Assembly (NCBI RefSeq): GCF_006345805.1
Contig: NC_042999.1
Location: 100,626,001-100,690,000, forward strand
Length of the DNA stretch: 64,000 nucleotides
Origin: Octopus sinensis
Taxonomy: Eukaryota
Direction of reading: 5' to 3'
In this document: positions 60,700 through 64,000 of the stretch, one piece after another
How the letters are laid out: the number at the start of each line of letters is the position of its first letter
Position numbering within the stretch: the stretch's first letter is position 1
Made by a program: the position numbers and the translations under genes
Notes under the pieces: model-generated
What the model was told of the DNA's origin: nothing
What the model saw: the letters and a program-made list of their open reading frames with translations, nothing else
Database searches by the model: none

Positions 60700-62980
60700 T
60701 TCTAACATTCAGTTTTGTTGATAGGTTTTCTCTACAACCTTGTATCACCAAACATCTTGGTCCACTGTCATTTCCTCCATGAGTCCCAGCATCCTTAGAT
60801 CGGTCCTCACCACTTCATCCCATGTCTTCCTGGGTCTCCTTCTTCCACAGATACCATCCACTTTCAGTGACAGGCACTTCTGTATGCAGCTGTCTTCATT
60901 CATACACATCACATGTCCAAGCCAATGCATTCTCCTCTCCTGCACACCACATTTAATCCCTTCTATGCCTAACTTTTCTCTCAACACAGCTGTGTTTTGT
61001 TGGGCATGCACACTGATGTTGCAAATCCAACAGAACATACTACCTTCATTCCTCTCCATCCTATGTATATTCTCCACAGTCAGGGCCCATGTCTCACTAC
61101 CATGTAACAAAGACATTCTCACATAAGCATCATACAATCTACCTTCCACTCTGAGAGAGAGTTTTTTGCTGCCAGCAGAAGTAGTTGTTCCCTGAACTGC
61201 CTCCACCCTATTCTTATTCTAAAAACAATACTTTTCGAGCATCCACCACCATTACTAATTTGGTCACCTAAATAGCAGAAACTATCTACTACCTCAAGAG
61301 AGCTTCCTGGGCATTTGAGAGAGTTTAGATCTCTTGTGCTCTTAGTACTTATTGTTCCTATGCATCTACCACACACAAAAGCGACCTTATCTGATAACAT
61401 ACCCACAATTCCATTGCATCTTTTATGCATCCATAGCTTGCACTTGGTGCAGCTAATGGAATTATGTTCCACTCCTTTCCTACATATTGAACAGGAACAT
61501 TTATCAGCCAGAATGAGAGTCTTATCTCCTTTCTCACTAACAACAACTTTAGTGTTAGCTAAGGTAACTTTAAGGCTCTTTGATTTCAGGTTTTGACAGG
61601 TGTCCAGGCAAGCAACAGGCATCCATGCTAGCAGCTTCGCATCCATGCAAGCAGCTGGCGTCTGTGCTAGCAGGGAGCAAAGAGCACCATACGAGCATGA
61701 TCATTGACAGAGCGGCTAACTGGCTTCATGTCAGTAGCACTTAAAATGCACCATTTGAGAGTGATTGTTACTAGTATCGCCATACTAGCACTCGAGCCCT
61801 GTGCTAGTAGGGTATTAAGAGCACCATCCGAGTGTGATTGTTGCCAGAGCAGCTATCTGGCCTCTGTGCTGGTGGCACATAAAAGACACCATTCGAGCAT
61901 GATCATTACCAGCATCGCCTTACTGGCACCTGTGCCGGTGGCATGTGTAAAAGATTCAAGCGAGGTCATTGCCAGTACTGCCTGACTGGTCCCGTGCTGG
62001 TGGCATGTAAAAGTACCCATTACACTCTCGAAGTGGCTGGCATTAGGAAGGACATCCACCTGTAGAAACTCTGCCAGATCAAGATTGAAGCCTGGTGCAG
62101 CCATCTGGTTCGCCAGCCCTCAGTCAATCATGCAACCCATGCTAGCATGGAAAGCGGATGTTAAACGACGATGATGATGATGATGTATCTCACACCACCT
62201 CATTTTCTTAATTGCCTTATCTATTATACTGCTATCCATTCTGACGGCTGGTACTTCAGTTGATTCAATATTTGAAAGATTCTCCTTCTCCCAATCATTC
62301 TCCACATTTAACAACCTTTCATAATGGCATCTCCATGCATCTTTCTTCTCTGAATCACTAAATGCAAGTACACCACTATCCATTCACACACATTTCTCAT
62401 CTACTGCATCTCTATTCTCTCTGATACACTGCTTTATGACCCTGAACACCTCACACCTCACACCTCTGATCTTCACACTGCATAACATTTGGCAAACTTC
62501 TTACCTTCTGCTATTCCTTTTGTTATGTAAACCTGTAGCTAGCCTCCCTTCTGGCTCTCTTATATAATGCTTTGCTTCCACCATTTTTCCAGGCCTGTCA
62601 CTTTGCTTTTATAGCACTGTTCACCTCCTTGTTTTCCCACCAAGTCACCCTTAGCCTGGCTGGGACTTTGGTCAGTGGCACCCAGTAAATTGTCTCACAG
62701 GCACTTCCAGTTATCCTCTAAGCTATATGTCTCTTCCTCCTTCTCCTCTCTATCATCAGAGGCTTCCAGTAGAATGTCTCTAAATTTTTGTTGGTTTGCT
62801 GGGTCTTGGAGCTTCCATAATCTTTTCCAATGTGGTTTATGTCTTTGAATCTCTCTAGCCCTAATTCTGAAGTCACTAACTAGTAGCCTATGTTGGGGTG
62901 TACACTCTTCACCTGGGAAAGATTTCGCATTTGTGAGCATCTGCCTGTCTCCTTGCCTGATGAGGAGGTAATCAACCTAG
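60700..62980 (-). mobile_element. Degenerate RTE LINE ORF (APE end, linker, RT core missing, PHD, C-terminus)
   Basis: VDYLLIR...ECTPQHRLLV (APE end), W..HYE.LLN, LEVVDSFCYLG, LHGSETW, RPRKTW. Confidence 0.85.
61600..62185 (+). mobile_element. RTE 3' UTR fragment inserted antisense within the RTE
   Basis: Homologous to 37975-38420; (GAT)n tail at ~62170-62184. Confidence 0.82.
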
Positions 62981-62989
62981 CTTATATTC

Positions 62990-63219
62990 TGTTATATAAC
63001 ACATTCGGATGGCATGCCTTCATCAATAACGTACCTCTACCCAACTACCGAACTCTCACTTCCGACGACTCAGCTCAACAGAACTCGATGTCTAGACTAC
63101 TGACAGCTCCAGCTCACTCTAGTCAATGCTTCCACAACTAGCTATCACACCCACTATTTATACATATTGGACTAGCCTACTTATCATCTGGGGGTGTCCA
63201 CACAACACCTCCCCCTTTT
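62990..63219 (-). mobile_element. Orphan 3' LTR (218 bp) with PPT
   Basis: TGTT...AACA (62990-63207) abutting cctccccctttt (AAAAGGGGGAGG on the minus strand). Confidence 0.6.
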
Positions 63220-63344
63220 GAGATTTTTTTTTTTTCTAAACCTGAATTTATCAATTTTATTTCCTTGGTGAGAAACTGGTATATCTTTTTCTCTTAGTAT
63301 TAATTTCCATAATTTCTGTGGGTTTGGCACAGCTTGGCACCAGT

Positions 63345-63497
63345 GACATCACAACTCATTTCTACAGCTGAGTGAACTGGAGCAATGTGAAAAATAAAGT
63401 GTCTTGTTCAAGAACACAACACACAGACTGGTCCGGGAATTGAACTCATTACCTCGTGATTGTGAGCCTGACACTCTAACCACTGAACCATGCACTT
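63345..63497 (-). mobile_element. tRNA-derived SINE head
   Basis: Minus strand tggttcagtggttagag (A box) ... gagttcaattccc (B box), then non-tRNA body. Confidence 0.7.
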
Positions 63498-64000
63498 TCA
63501 CTCTTTATAGAGCTCCCATAACTTGTAAAAGAAAAAGAGGTTGATATTGGAAGGTTGGAGACCTAATCTGAATGCTTGCAACAGAGAGGACTCTGCTAAA
63601 TGCATCATAAGCCCAGGATGTGGTGTTAAACTGGGCAATGCATTCAGTTTGCTGTCACCATGTTGTGCTCCTGAGCCTGGTATCTTACTCTGCTTGCTCC
63701 AGTGTAAATAAGTGTAACAGGCTCCACTCTTCACAGTGAAGTGTTTAGTGTAGTACAATGGGCAAGCAACTCTTAAAAAGAATAAAAAGAAAAAAAAACA
63801 ATCTCACCTATGCTTGATGGGGATAATGGATGCAAAATAGTAAAGGAAGTAGAAACTATAATGATGATGCTGATAATGGTGGTTGTGTGATGATAGGATG
63901 ATGGTGAATGGTGATAATAATAATAATGAAAACGTTGACGACTATGGCAATGAAAATACTGACAATGATGATGATGATGATGATGATGACGATGATGACG

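Overview
AT-rich eukaryotic DNA. The SINE, RTE and Penelope repertoire and the microsatellite load suggest an octopus or other coleoid cephalopod; this is inferred, not proven. Positions 452-28418 (minus strand) hold the first 23 coding exons (2279 nt, ~759 codons, all GT-AG and in phase) of the mismatch-repair gene MSH2, which continues off the left edge. Directly upstream of the ATG is a 4x tandem composite E2F/forkhead/ETS-like motif. I recognise no other host protein-coding gene. The introns and the 28.6-64 kb stretch are filled with transposons: Helitrons, a Chapaev3-type DNA transposon, rosa/Tc1-mariner and pogo remnants, an RT-less Mag-type Ty3/Gypsy element, a young non-autonomous tRNA-Trp-primed LTR element, RTE LINEs with a PHD finger inside the RT, tRNA-derived SINEs, and Penelope-like (PLE) ends. 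The most notable signals are a cluster of PLE-type minimal hammerhead ribozymes (one apparently intact at 45751-45853), fold-back palindromes, a pair of LTRs that are near-identical except for a covarying U5 hairpin, and the MSH2 promoter array. None of these is demonstrably novel without database searches.
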